64,000 nucleotides of DNA, from positions 304-64,303 of the forward strand of contig DATDWZ010000008.1 of NCBI GenBank assembly GCA_036517295.1, written 5' to 3'. The stretch is from Minisyncoccota bacterium (GTDB lineage: Bacteria; Patescibacteriota; Minisyncoccia; Phycocordibacterales; DATDWN01). Made by a program: the position numbers and the translations under genes. Under the pieces are notes generated by a model. It was not told the DNA's origin. It saw only the letters and a list, made by a program, of their open reading frames with translations, and did no database searches. This document shows, piece after piece, positions 1-10,100 of the stretch. Each line of letters opens with the position of its first letter. The first letter of the stretch is position 1.

Positions 1-240
1 GTTCGAACAATTCCTCGACCAGAGCCTTCGCGACCTCCGGAGTCCGCGCTTTAGAGCGCAGAGAATCTGTGAGCGACCGTTCTTCTTCAAGCAGCGTGCG
101 TTTACGGCTCTCGAAATCTTCCTTGTTGAGAGTGCCGTCAACGAACGCGTCGATGAGACGGGTCAACCGCATCTGTATCGCGCCGATTTGCGCTTGCAAA
201 TGTGACTTCCGCTCGTCCTCACTCGCGTCGTCCTGCCGCT
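1..240 (-). pseudogene. Fragment of a large serine recombinase coiled-coil region (partial, runs off window start)
   Basis: Minus-strand translation of 1..240 gives ...QRQDDASEDERKSHLQAQIGAIQMRLTRLIDAFVDGTLNKEDFESRKRTLLEEERSLTDSLRSKARTPEVAKALVEELFE. This heptad-like coiled coil is typical of the C-terminal part of large serine recombinases. Its N-terminal side would lie where the + strand fragment sits, so it is a remnant or rearranged. Confidence 0.35.
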
Positions 241-242
241 GA

Positions 243-730
243 ACGGAATACACCTGCCAGAAGTGTAAGAACAAGATTCCGGCCGCTGACCTCGAAACCG
301 TGTTCCGGGAACAGCTCAAGGAATTCTTCCTATCGTCCGAGGAGCTGACCAACTACCTCGAACAGGCCGACGAGAAGGTAGTGGAGAAGCGCGAACTCCT
401 GGGAACCCTGGAGACGGACCGAGCGACCGTCCAGGCCGAGATGGAGAAGGTCTACAAGCTCTACGTCTCGGACCAAATCAGCGCCGATGGGTTCGGCCGG
501 ACATACAAGCCGCTCGAAGAACGCCTCAAGGCGCTCGACGACCAGCTCCCCAGGCTCCAGGCCGAACTCGATTTCCTGCGCATCAAGAACCTCTCCCGTG
601 ACGAAATCGTAAGCGAGGCCCAGGACCTCTATGGCCGGTGGTCGGATCTCCTGCCGGAGGAGAAGCGCCAGATTATTGAGAACGTGGTCGACCGCATCAC
701 CATCGACCTTTCATACGTTCCCTCTCCCTC
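243..730 (+). pseudogene. C-terminal fragment of a large serine recombinase (zinc-ribbon CxxC plus coiled coil); N-terminus missing
   Basis: The frame opens right after an in-frame TGA at 240-242. It reads ..TCQKCKNKIPAADLETVFREQLKEFFLSSEELTNYLEQ...RLQAELDFLRIKNLSRDEIVSEAQDLYGRWSDLLPEEKRQIIENVVDRITID, the recombinase zinc-ribbon/coiled-coil tail. It is oriented head-to-head with the minus-strand fragment at 1..240. Confidence 0.45.
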
Positions 731-756
731 TGAAATAGCCACAAAAAGGCAACGCG

Positions 757-792
757 ACCACACCCCTGCGTTGCCTTTTTGTACGGCGACCA
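757..792 (+). terminator. Putative intrinsic terminator hairpin (aggcaacgc/gcgttgcct) followed by TTTTTGT
   Basis: 9-bp GC-rich inverted repeat with a 12-nt loop and a T-tract. It lies inside the six-frame ORF 300..1214, which argues that ORF is really two genes. Confidence 0.4.
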
Positions 793-1214
793 TGAGAACC
801 GAACGGAAGCCAGAGGGATATCCCAGTGTTCTCAATAACTTAGCGGACCATTTGAAGAAGAGAATCCTCGACCTCGGAACCAATCAGAAAGAGGCGGCGA
901 GGCAGATTGGCGTCGGGACCGGGAGCTTCACGCATTGGATGAGAAAACACCGCAACCCGACCATTCGTCGCTGGCCGAAGGTCATCCAGTTCCTTGGATA
1001 CGACCCACGGCAGGCGTCGGAGGGCATCGGACAGGGCCTCGTTCGATGGCGACAGGGCAGAGGGATGTCACAGAAGGAATTGGCGGCGCAGCTCGACGTT
1101 GACCCGACCACGCTGGCCAAGTGGGAGCGTGGTGAACGTTGTCCGTCGGGCGACCGCCAGATGCAATGCACCATGCTCCTGTGCAATCTAGGCTTTCCGC
1201 GATTGCATCTGTAA
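792..1214 (+). CDS. Tandem helix-turn-helix (XRE-like) DNA-binding protein
   Basis: Starts at ATG 792, after the hairpin. There are two XRE-like HTH motifs: KKRILDLGTNQKEAARQIGVGTGSFTHWMRK and RWRQGRGMSQKELAAQLDVDPTTLAKWERGE. High GC. Confidence 0.45.
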   Translation: MRTERKPEGYPSVLNNLADHLKKRILDLGTNQKEAARQIGVGTGSFTHWMRKHRNPTIRRWPKVIQFLGYDPRQASEGIGQGLVRWRQGRGMSQKELAAQLDVDPTTLAKWERGERCPSGDRQMQCTMLLCNLGFPRLHL

Positions 1215-1321
1215 GCAGTTGACAATAAAGGACTTAGGAGGTACTCTAGTATTAGAAATCGTCTCGTCGGTAGGAGGAAGCGTTCCTTTTTCGAACGTTT
1301 CCTCGCTGCCTAGGAGGCGAC

Positions 1322-1525
1322 ATGCAGGACAAAGCGCAAGACTGCCTTCGATTTGAAGAACTACTTCGGCGTCTGGAACTCACAGACGACGAGGTCGATT
1401 TCTGCCTCAACCATCCGGGGGCGTGCGCGATTGGCGTACACACCCGAGAGGCTCAGACTCGGACCAGAAACGCCTTGCTGAGGTGGGTCGAAAGTCTCGG
1501 TCAACGGAGAGAACGGACCACGTAA
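1322..1525 (+). CDS. Small hypothetical protein (67 aa) with strong SD
   Basis: AGGAGG sits 7 nt upstream of ATG 1322. A terminator hairpin with T-tract lies at 1549..1572. Confidence 0.45.
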   Translation: MQDKAQDCLRFEELLRRLELTDDEVDFCLNHPGACAIGVHTREAQTRTRNALLRWVESLGQRRERTT

Positions 1526-1548
1526 CTTGCCACCGGCAGGTCCTGAAA

Positions 1549-1572
1549 GCCACCATTGCGGTGGCTTTTTTG
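1549..1572 (+). terminator. Intrinsic terminator gccacc-ATTGC-ggtggc + TTTTTT
   Basis: Perfect 6-bp GC stem, 5-nt loop, U-tract. Confidence 0.55.
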
Positions 1573-1669
1573 TGCTCTCGCGTCCCTACATCTTGCCAAA
1601 TAGACGAGACTTACCGGCGGCAGCCAAAAAAGATTCCCACGCTCGTCCAGGCCGGCCGAATATCCTTCC

Positions 1670-2806
1670 GTGAACGCCGCGCACTGTGCCATGGATGAAC
1701 ACAGCGAGCCACAGTTCAGGGACCTTGAGGAAGTCTTCGCGACCGGCGAGGACCAGGCGGCTGAGATCGCCCTCGAAAAGCTGCTTGAAATCCATGGACA
1801 CCGCGTCCGCCATTTTCTTTACAACGTCACGGATGTGGATGGCGCACATGAAGAGATATACGGAGACGCTTACGCGCAGGCGATCGACGACACGACCACG
1901 AACCAAATCACCAAGAAGAGTACCGAGCTAACGAAGAAGGTCATCACAGACAAGCTCAGACGCAGCTTCCAGGACGAACTGGTCGGCCTGGAATTCACCC
2001 ACCTCGCGGTTGAGATCCAGGCAGCGGGCGGCGCGAAGGGTGCGCTCCTTCACAAGCTGGCTTTCAGTAATGCTCCTGGCGTCACCGTCACAGATGTTCT
2101 CAGCGAGGGCGAATCGCGGGCCCTGTCCCTTGCGGCGTTCTTGACCGAATTAAGCACGGCCCCGACAAAGGCCGGGATCATATTCGACGATCCTGTGTCC
2201 TCATTGGATCACGTCTGGCGGGAGCGGATTGCCAAACGACTCGTGGCGGAAGCGAAGGACCGCCAGGTCATCGTCTTCACGCACGACCTGTTTTTTCTTC
2301 GAAGTCTGCTCGCAACATGCGACAGAGAATCTGTTCCGCTTCAACATCAGTACGTTCGCCGCGATGGCCAGGCTGGCATCTGCTCACCTGACCTCCCGTG
2401 GGTCGCGATGAACGTGAAGAGCAGAATTGGCGTCCTCCGACAGCGCTGGCAGGCGGCCGACAAGCTCCAGAGAACCGTGGGAAACCAAGCGTACGAGCCT
2501 GCTGCCCGCGAAATATTTGGTCTGCTTCGCGAGGCCTGGGAGCGTGGCGTGACCGAAGTCCTGCTCAATGACGTCGTCGAGCGTTACCGCCCTGCAATTG
2601 AAACGAAGAAGGTCGCGATTCTGCACGACATCACGAATGCGGACTGCAAGGCAGTTGATGATGGGATGGCAGAGTGCTCGCGGTGGATGCGTGGACATGA
2701 CGAGTCGATGGCAGACGGGACGCCGTTTCCGACGCCGGCACAGCTTAAGACAAGGATCGACGAACTTGAGGGCTGGGCAAAGGGCATTCGAGCCAAACGG
2801 ACCTGA
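1670..2806 (+). pseudogene. 5'-truncated PrrC/RloC-like ABC-type ATPase with C-terminal HEPN-like domain (no Walker A)
   Basis: ABC signature LSEGESRAL, Walker B IIFDDPVSSLD (D-loop) and H-loop VIVFTHDLFF are present. There is no GxxxxGK[ST] anywhere in the 378 aa. The C-terminal domain contains SRWMRGH (an Rx4H HEPN-type motif). The fold assignment is an inference. Confidence 0.45.
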
Positions 2807-2925
2807 GTCGACGGGTGGCACTGGCCGCACATCAGGCTGCTTCGCCACGGCCTGCTAGGCCATGCCGTGGTCAGCTTGCCGTCGTGATGGCCGCGTGAAG
2901 ATTGTTCAGGCGTTCAAAGCCGCAT

Positions 2926-4074
2926 TTACTGCCAAGGCCACGCGCCTTTTGCGGCGAACCCGAGAAGCACAGCCGCGGCTCCCCAAAGTACCGCCCTGTT
3001 ATGGACAAGTCTCAGGCTCACGGGGTCGTGTGTGGCGCGCACTAGAATGGGCAACACTGCGCGGTCGACCACAAGTACCACAGCCATCACTAGAGTTCCG
3101 AATGGGATTAGGGTTACGTAAAGATTCGATTCCGCTGCTATCGAAAGTGGAGCAGCAAGGAACTCGACAACGCCCGAAGGTATGGGCAGCACACCATTCA
3201 TGGCGAGCATCAGGGGAATGCGCGGCAGGATGTTCAGGGCGACAAGTAGACCAAGACTTGAGACGATTAGGCCGAATGCTCGCCACCTGCTCGATCTCGA
3301 TGCTCGCGTGAGAATCCGTCGAAAGACAGCGATGACTGCGAAATCTGCAAGGGCTCCGATGAGCCAGCCAGGAAGAAGTGGAAGTAGGACCGCAGGCGAG
3401 GTTACGAAAACATACTTTGTGGTGCTCGTAGGCTGTGAGCCGACCTCGATAGTGAACCAGCCGCCGATGTGGACCGCGAATGGGGAAAACAACGGTGAGA
3501 ACGACGCAAATAGAGTCAAGCAGATTAAGAGAGCCAAGGTCAGATTCTGAAGCGCCCTGGCGATGATTAGCCAGAACCGTCTTGTGGCAAAGACAGTCAC
3601 AACAAACGTCGAGGCGAGTATCGCCCCGGCCGCGCTGAGGAAGAGCCCGGCGACCTTCGCTGATGCTCTGGTGATCTCGCTTTGCACTATGCCGCGCAGA
3701 AATTGAAGGGGCTCGCCGTCTGTGAAATCATCCGGCGACAATAAGAACGCAATAGCGTACAAACCAACACCTTCTGTGACGAGCACTGACGACAGTGACA
3801 GAAGGAGCGCGGCATTGAAGGCGCGTCGAGACCATATGGTTGGGCCATAGACCTTATTGAGGAGGAGCGTTCCTATCGAGGCAAAGCCACGCATCCAACC
3901 TAAGTGACGGTTCGTTGTTGTTGCGCGGACTTCGGCAAGTCGGAGCCACCAAGTCTCCAGCGAGCTTTGGAGGACGCCTCGTTCGTCTGGGAACATGAAT
4001 AGGGCGATGTAAATCAGCAATAAAGCTGCACATAGTGCGAGACCCCGAAGAACGACCTCGGCTACGAGCAGCAT
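2926..4074 (-). CDS. Polytopic integral membrane protein, function unknown
   Basis: 382 aa with about 10 hydrophobic segments. High GC. No recognisable motif. Confidence 0.55.
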   Translation of the reverse strand: MLLVAEVVLRGLALCAALLLIYIALFMFPDERGVLQSSLETWWLRLAEVRATTTNRHLGWMRGFASIGTLLLNKVYGPTIWSRRAFNAALLLSLSSVLVTEGVGLYAIAFLLSPDDFTDGEPLQFLRGIVQSEITRASAKVAGLFLSAAGAILASTFVVTVFATRRFWLIIARALQNLTLALLICLTLFASFSPLFSPFAVHIGGWFTIEVGSQPTSTTKYVFVTSPAVLLPLLPGWLIGALADFAVIAVFRRILTRASRSSRWRAFGLIVSSLGLLVALNILPRIPLMLAMNGVLPIPSGVVEFLAAPLSIAAESNLYVTLIPFGTLVMAVVLVVDRAVLPILVRATHDPVSLRLVHNRAVLWGAAAVLLGFAAKGAWPWQ

Positions 4075-4696
4075 GGCTTTATTTCAATGAAAGGAAAGTG
4101 CACGAGTCCGGCCCGACGCAGAGAATACATCAGTCGCCTCAGGCAATCAGACTTTCCACGCCGGGGCGCCAGTGGTGGGCGGCTCCGGGCAATGGAGTTA
4201 AGCACGAGCGCACCGGCGCATCTCGGTGCACTTCTCTCTTCGCCCATTCCCAGGGTTCTCTCGCGATGCGTTTGACTTCGTCGATGGAAAGATCAGACAC
4301 CGGTTGACTGGTGTTCATGATGGTGGTGGGTTAGCTGATATGCCGCCAGCAGCATCCTGAATCGTACCGCCAGACCGCGATCTGTCACCAATTCCTGGCC
4401 GCTGAAGCTCCTTCTTGGCCCAGTCGAGGAGAGCGCGAGCTTGTACGTTCAATTCCTCGGTGTCATACTGGACGGATGAATTGGTCGAATCGGTTCGAGC
4501 CCTGTCCTGAAGACGGTCACAATCTTACGGAGTAAAAAAGTCACGGGAGTTGAAGCCTGTTTGAGATATTTTTAGAGTGAAACGAATAAAAATATCCAAA
4601 CACGGGGACTGACCGAGTAGCGGTCAACTCCCGGTAAGGTCACAAAGAGAAACTTCGGCAGAAGTGAGCGAAAAAATGGGTATATTTTCTGATGCT

Positions 4697-7600
4697 TTAT
4701 GGCACAATCCGAACAGAGTCTTTGGCTTGGAATAAGGCTCCGCTCTTGGTCTTACCATTCAATACTCCAGCAGTATCCTGGGCCTGGAAATTACTGACCT
4801 TGGTTGAGAAGTGACAAATCAAATCTTTCCTTCCGTCATTATTAACATCTTCACCATTAGAATTGCAGAGACTTAGGGACTTTTCATCACCGACATGGCC
4901 GAAAGTAAGAGAAGAAAGATCAATTTGAGTTAGGGCGTTGAAATTAACCGAGGAAAGAATCGCTACAGGAATCTTGCCACTACTTTTTGGATTAATTGGA
5001 TTCGGAAAACTGCCGGGCTTGATGTCAATTTTTACGACAATATCTTCTGGCGGGGTTTCAACAGGTTCGGTAATGACGAATGGTGAAAGAGAATTAGCAA
5101 CTCCGCAAATTATTTTATTTACCTTATCTGGATAACCCGATTTGGTTATGTCCACCCAGCTCGTACCGTCAAAATGCCTTAATTTAAGATTATTTTCATT
5201 TTGATAATTTACTCCTGCATAACTAAAGCAGACTTCAACGGGTGGAGTGTAGATGGCGGTAGTACTGATATCATAATAAATTGCCGGATTCCCTAACTTA
5301 AACTGTGTCGGCAAAGCCGGTCCAGCCGAACTAGTAGTAACCGTCGTTATGCCACCAGTTAAAACATTTGAGAATGTCACATTTACATTTGAATCAAGAG
5401 CAACAGAAACACCAGCGCCTGTTTCAGTATAACCCGGCGGTAATGGAAGCACCTGAACTTGCTGAGTTGCTTGGGCCGAATTACCAGCTTGATCTTGCGC
5501 CATCCAAATAACCACAGTGATTCCGATTGGAAATATGGCTGGAGCATTATTTGTCACCGTTGGATTTGGATCAATGTTGTCCGAAACAACTGGGATCCCG
5601 AGAACAACACCACTGGCACCGGCTGAACTTGTAGCCGGTACAACTACATCTTGAGGAGCTATGATGGTTGGCGACTCCGTATCTGCTGGCGGAATATACG
5701 ATACCGTTACAGTAAATGAAGCATTTGCTATATTTCCAGCAGCATCACTAGCTGAACAATTAACCGTATTTTGACCAATTGGAAATGTAGAGCCGGATGC
5801 AGGACTGCAGGAAAAACTAATTACGCCAACATTATCCGTGGCCGAAGCGTCATAATTAACTATGACGCCCTCGGGCGAAACAGCTTCAACGGTGATTGGC
5901 GCTGGTACTGTAATCGTTGGGGCTATGGTGTCTGCCGGAACTGTCCCGCAACTTATGCCGTTTTGATAACGCTGCTCTATTTCGGATGATGTAAGAGCAC
6001 GATTATAGATTTCCACCTCGTCCAGCAGTCCTGGAAATGGCTGAATTTGGGTATCAAAATTACCCAGTGTAAAGTTTGAGTTGAACACGAAGCCGGGGTT
6101 ATAGGAAATAACGGGTGTTCCCCCGCGCTGTGCTCCGGCCGCTATGCCGTCAAGATAAAAAGTCACTGTACCGCCACTTTTGGTGACAGCCACATGGTGC
6201 CATCCTGTGTCATTTACAGAGAGAGGAGCAGCAACCATGTCGAAACCGGGTTTGTCCAAGCTGAGTTGCCGAACCGCGGTCGCCCCATTAGTATTCACGA
6301 CGCTTGGGCCAGACAAGAAGAATCCGTAACCGCCGATCCCATATCCCGCGATTCTTTCGGCAAAGCCGTCAATAGACAAAGTATTGAGTTTGATCCAGGC
6401 ATCAATGGTAAAATCCTGGAAGCGAAGATTGACTGGATTGCCGATAAGTACTTTATCATCCACACCATCAAAACTAAACGCCTGGCCAACTTGTCCTGAC
6501 GCAAATGTAGCGCCACCTTGTAATGTCCCATTATTTACGCCGACAGCATCATTTGCATTTCCCTCGCCGGACCACTCACTAACTATTCCGGACAATGGAA
6601 CAACGCATGCCCCTACCACTCTCGGCACCACAGCAATGCCGTGCGGGCTACTGCCAAAACTTGCCAAAACTGTCGCCACTCCTGTGGTTGGATTCAGTTT
6701 AATAACAGCCCCCGGCTCATTACACGGATCATCGACTAAGAGATTGCCGGAATTATCAAATGCTATTCCTGTCGGACAAACAAATGGACCACCCGAAGCA
6801 ATCACCGTTTGCGCTCCTGTTGTGGGATTGACTTTAATTACCTTACCAATATTGTCAGACACAAAAATATCACCGTTAGGAGCAACCACGACACCTACCG
6901 GATCAACAAAATTTCCACCCGACGAAACCACAGTCCAGGCACCGGTTGCGGGATTGACGCGGATTATTCCCCCAAGTTGTCCGAAACCACTTACATCGGC
7001 CACCAGAACATCCCCATTAGGAGCAACTGTTAGGTAATACGGTCCTGCATTTTGGTCTGTGCTAACATAGACCGGTGTTTGTACTCCTGTTATTGGATTA
7101 ACTTTAATAACTCCGCCATAATAATTGAAGGCGTCGCTATCGGCCACAAATATATCACCGTTGGCGGCTACTGCCACGCCACGGGGATCAACAAAATATT
7201 GTCCCTGTGAGACTACCGTTTGGACTCCATTTGTTGGATTTATTTTAAATACGGCTCCACCTAAACTAAATGCTTGAGGATCACCGACAATAAGATTTCC
7301 GTCTCCATCAATAGCAACTCCCATTGGTTCTTCAAGATCAGGACCTGAATAAACCGCTTTTTGATTTCCTAAAAAATCAAAATGATAAATACCGCCCTGA
7401 TCGGAGGGAGCACTCGGGTCAGCGATAAACATATCACCGGGGATTAATGGCGTGGTCTGAGGAGAAACACTTTCAATAACTAATTTAGGTCTTAATGAAG
7501 CTGTGCCATAATCTGAAGAAGCAATTGTGTTAAGCCAAACACCCCCATCCCAAGTAGATCCTAACCTAGTAAACCCGATTCCGTGGTTTGTAATCGTTCC

Positions 7601-8176
7601 ATTTTTCCAACCATTATATAAATCTGTAATATCAACGGATACCCATTGATCATGTCCACTTTCATTTAACGCGCTAGGTGAAGCCGGAATATTCAATGTA
7701 CCATAAGACCCACCTAAAGTCGGACGATTATTCCAAGTTGCGCTCATTTCATCCCAAGATGAAGTAATACTATTAACGGTCCAACTCATTGCGGGGCACG
7801 AGCCGCCACCACAATTAGCAGTTGAATATAAATACAGCTTGGCAGATACTATGTCGCTAGGCAAAGTTGAAACATCAAATTTCAATATTGGATAACCGTT
7901 ATAGCTAGCGTAGTAATCAAAAATCAATTCGGATCTTGTTCCAAAATTCAGACCCGACCCAAGGTCTACATCGGTATCGCCATATCTAGTAAAACTAACA
8001 TAATTATCCTTTCCTCCAGATACAGTACCCTCATCCGTTCCATTATTCAAACCGCTGGATGGTTGAAAGACGATTTCAGAATTAGGCGCCGCCTGAGAAA
8101 TTGTAATGAGGCTAAAATTAAAAATTAAAACGCTTACAATTATACCAACTTTAAAACTAAAAAGTTTATATTTCAT
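4697..8176 (-). CDS. Large secreted cell-surface protein: signal peptide, DNRLRE-like domain, NHL/SMP-30-like beta-propeller repeats, LamG/concanavalin-like domain, HYR-like domains
   Basis: N-terminal MKYKLFSFKVGIIVSVLIFNFSLITISQA. Repeated GDIFVADS../GNLLVDD.. NHL-like blades. LDEVEIYNRALTSSEIEQRY LamG motif. PTITVPAPITVEAVSPEGV..NASFTVTV HYR-like. ILKFDVSTLPSDIVSAKLYLY DNRLRE-like. Confidence 0.85.
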   Translation of the reverse strand: MKYKLFSFKVGIIVSVLIFNFSLITISQAAPNSEIVFQPSSGLNNGTDEGTVSGGKDNYVSFTRYGDTDVDLGSGLNFGTRSELIFDYYASYNGYPILKFDVSTLPSDIVSAKLYLYSTANCGGGSCPAMSWTVNSITSSWDEMSATWNNRPTLGGSYGTLNIPASPSALNESGHDQWVSVDITDLYNGWKNGTITNHGIGFTRLGSTWDGGVWLNTIASSDYGTASLRPKLVIESVSPQTTPLIPGDMFIADPSAPSDQGGIYHFDFLGNQKAVYSGPDLEEPMGVAIDGDGNLIVGDPQAFSLGGAVFKINPTNGVQTVVSQGQYFVDPRGVAVAANGDIFVADSDAFNYYGGVIKVNPITGVQTPVYVSTDQNAGPYYLTVAPNGDVLVADVSGFGQLGGIIRVNPATGAWTVVSSGGNFVDPVGVVVAPNGDIFVSDNIGKVIKVNPTTGAQTVIASGGPFVCPTGIAFDNSGNLLVDDPCNEPGAVIKLNPTTGVATVLASFGSSPHGIAVVPRVVGACVVPLSGIVSEWSGEGNANDAVGVNNGTLQGGATFASGQVGQAFSFDGVDDKVLIGNPVNLRFQDFTIDAWIKLNTLSIDGFAERIAGYGIGGYGFFLSGPSVVNTNGATAVRQLSLDKPGFDMVAAPLSVNDTGWHHVAVTKSGGTVTFYLDGIAAGAQRGGTPVISYNPGFVFNSNFTLGNFDTQIQPFPGLLDEVEIYNRALTSSEIEQRYQNGISCGTVPADTIAPTITVPAPITVEAVSPEGVIVNYDASATDNVGVISFSCSPASGSTFPIGQNTVNCSASDAAGNIANASFTVTVSYIPPADTESPTIIAPQDVVVPATSSAGASGVVLGIPVVSDNIDPNPTVTNNAPAIFPIGITVVIWMAQDQAGNSAQATQQVQVLPLPPGYTETGAGVSVALDSNVNVTFSNVLTGGITTVTTSSAGPALPTQFKLGNPAIYYDISTTAIYTPPVEVCFSYAGVNYQNENNLKLRHFDGTSWVDITKSGYPDKVNKIICGVANSLSPFVITEPVETPPEDIVVKIDIKPGSFPNPINPKSSGKIPVAILSSVNFNALTQIDLSSLTFGHVGDEKSLSLCNSNGEDVNNDGRKDLICHFSTKVSNFQAQDTAGVLNGKTKSGALFQAKDSVRIVP

Positions 8177-8626
8177 ATTATGTTATTAATTATTTATTCT
8201 TATAAAGAAAGGGCCCTTCACTGGCATTCTACCTCTTGAATTAATAATGTCAACCCCGAACGGTGTACTAGTTTCTCGCGCAGAATACTGATTCCTAGTT
8301 CATCCGAAAGTGACGCACAGTCGCGCTTCGGTCGGAGCCTTCATCATCCAAGACGGCACCAAGACTTCTCTGTACCTCGACGTACGAGTGAACGCGTTCT
8401 AAACGACCCATCGCGCACGGCCGGCCCCAGCCATCACGTTCTAAAGACAATTCGCCACCACGGCGACGGAAGATCCGTCACTGGGGAGGCGGATTTTTTG
8501 TTATGCAAATTTATTTTCTGAAATAACTTTTATATACGAAGAACCGGCGATCATACGACCGCCGGCGAGGGTATGTCTCCCTCTACTCGATATCCGTCGA
8601 GACGGAGGGTCGTCCTAACGACCTAT

Positions 8627-10069
8627 CTAGAAATGCAAGTTCACCGGATCCTGCGACTCGTCCTGCCGTCTGGCATAGTTCAGAGTGTCAAGGAAATCTG
8701 GCAGGTTCCCAAAGCCCCTCTTGAACCGATACAACAGATGGATGAGCTTCTGCTTCGGTTCACTGCCTTGTGGTGAGATGCGCCAGTGGTTGCTGGCTAC
8801 ACGAAGCGCGCGACTGACCATCTCTTCCGAATCCTGTCCGTTCGGCACGGCGTTCCTGAGTCGCGCTTGACTCAAGTTGACATGAGGTTGCCCTTTCGAG
8901 AAGAACAGGGCGTCCAGAACCTGTCGCGCAAGTTTCAGGTCCTCATCCGTGACTGGCGCAGAAGTCGGTGGAAGCCGCTTCTTCACAGTCATCTTCTCCG
9001 AAGCCGAAGGTTTTGGTGTGGCCGCCACCGACCTCGTTGGCGGAGGCGGAGCAGGTTTTGGAGTCGGTATTTTCGTAACCAGCTTTTGTTCCGGAATCTC
9101 GATCTTGGCCAAACCGGTCGAGACTTGGGGTCTCGAAGAAGTCGGTTCCGTCAGTGCCACCTTCAGTTGATTGAGGCGAACGACACACTGCTCGATCTCG
9201 GTCGCCATGAGAGCCAGATCCTTCGGGTCGCGCCTCTGAATTGCGACCAGAGTGGGAGGTGATAGAAGAACGTCCACTCCTTCCTGTGTTCTCTGGACAT
9301 ACCGCCGCATTGACCTGAGATAGTCCGCAATCAAGTGTGGTCTTTTGGCGTTGCCCACTTGCACACCCGCCTCTTCGGCCATCTGTCTGGCCTGAACACG
9401 CGCCTGATTGATGTTCAGTCTTTTGGTCACCACCATCCTTGCAATTTCCATCTGCAAGTCGTGGTGGAGGCCGGAGATGAACACACCAAGCGTATGGCTG
9501 AGTCGGTCTTCTTCCGAAATAGTCGGCGACATCATCGCCTGAACTTCTGGATGAAGCCGGAGAAGCGCGAGATGAGAGTACACCCAGGGTTCAGACCGAG
9601 CGAAAATCTTGGCGATTTTCGCAATCTGTTCACCGGGTGAGAAACTCTCCATTCGCTTTGACTTCCTGATACGGTTGATGGCTTGAGAGATTTCCAGAGG
9701 TGTGTGACTGGACCTGCCGAAGTTGCCGACCACCGACGCGACGAACTGTTCGTCGCTATCTTTAATTGGGCGCACCCAGGCAAGCATGGTATCCACCCCG
9801 GCCATACCGCAGGCAATCCACCGACGTTCACCGTCAACAAGCTCGTACTTGTGTTTCGGGTCGCCAATGACTGCTTTAACCACAATCGGGGTTTGCTGTC
9901 CGATTTCCTCGATGCTTGCAGCCAGGTCGTTCATGTCCTTGGCATCGAAGAAGTTGCGAGGCTGGTCGGTGAAACGCCGGATTTGGTTCCGGAGAATACG
10001 CTCAACCTTGCTGACTTCCGAACCGAGAACGCTAAAACCCGCTTCTGCTTGCTCTTGTGTGGTGGCCAT
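8627..10069 (-). CDS. ParB/Srx-domain (ParB-like nuclease/partition) protein with Pro-rich linker and C-terminal extension
   Basis: N-terminal QQTPIVVKAVIGDPKHKYELVDGERRWIACGMAGVDTMLAWVR (ParB N-domain GERR motif). SD AAGGAG 7 nt upstream. GC about 55%, unlike the flanks. Confidence 0.7.
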   Translation of the reverse strand: MATTQEQAEAGFSVLGSEVSKVERILRNQIRRFTDQPRNFFDAKDMNDLAASIEEIGQQTPIVVKAVIGDPKHKYELVDGERRWIACGMAGVDTMLAWVRPIKDSDEQFVASVVGNFGRSSHTPLEISQAINRIRKSKRMESFSPGEQIAKIAKIFARSEPWVYSHLALLRLHPEVQAMMSPTISEEDRLSHTLGVFISGLHHDLQMEIARMVVTKRLNINQARVQARQMAEEAGVQVGNAKRPHLIADYLRSMRRYVQRTQEGVDVLLSPPTLVAIQRRDPKDLALMATEIEQCVVRLNQLKVALTEPTSSRPQVSTGLAKIEIPEQKLVTKIPTPKPAPPPPTRSVAATPKPSASEKMTVKKRLPPTSAPVTDEDLKLARQVLDALFFSKGQPHVNLSQARLRNAVPNGQDSEEMVSRALRVASNHWRISPQGSEPKQKLIHLLYRFKRGFGNLPDFLDTLNYARRQDESQDPVNLHF

Positions 10070-10081
10070 TGCTAGGCTCCT

Positions 10082-10100
10082 TGTGTAAGAACACTTACAA
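10082..10100. promoter_or_regulatory. Inverted repeat TGTAAG-N4-CTTACA immediately upstream of the ParB-like gene SD (candidate operator)
   Basis: Near-perfect palindrome between the SD and the upstream AT-rich region. A regulatory role is inferred, not shown. Confidence 0.3.

Noticed and set aside
4062-4320. Small ORFs (4035-4307, 4062-4247, 4087-4275) in the high-GC/AT-rich junction region
   Set aside because: Overlapping ORFs in all frames, no RBS, junk-like translations. The region is better described as a compositional boundary.
6384-7037. 217-aa plus-strand ORF (and neighbours 5771-5989, 6194-6499, 6809-7033) inside the large surface-protein gene
   Set aside because: Antisense to a 1159-aa gene that has coherent domain architecture. 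Low-complexity Pro/Thr-rich translation with no start signals. Classic shadow ORFs.
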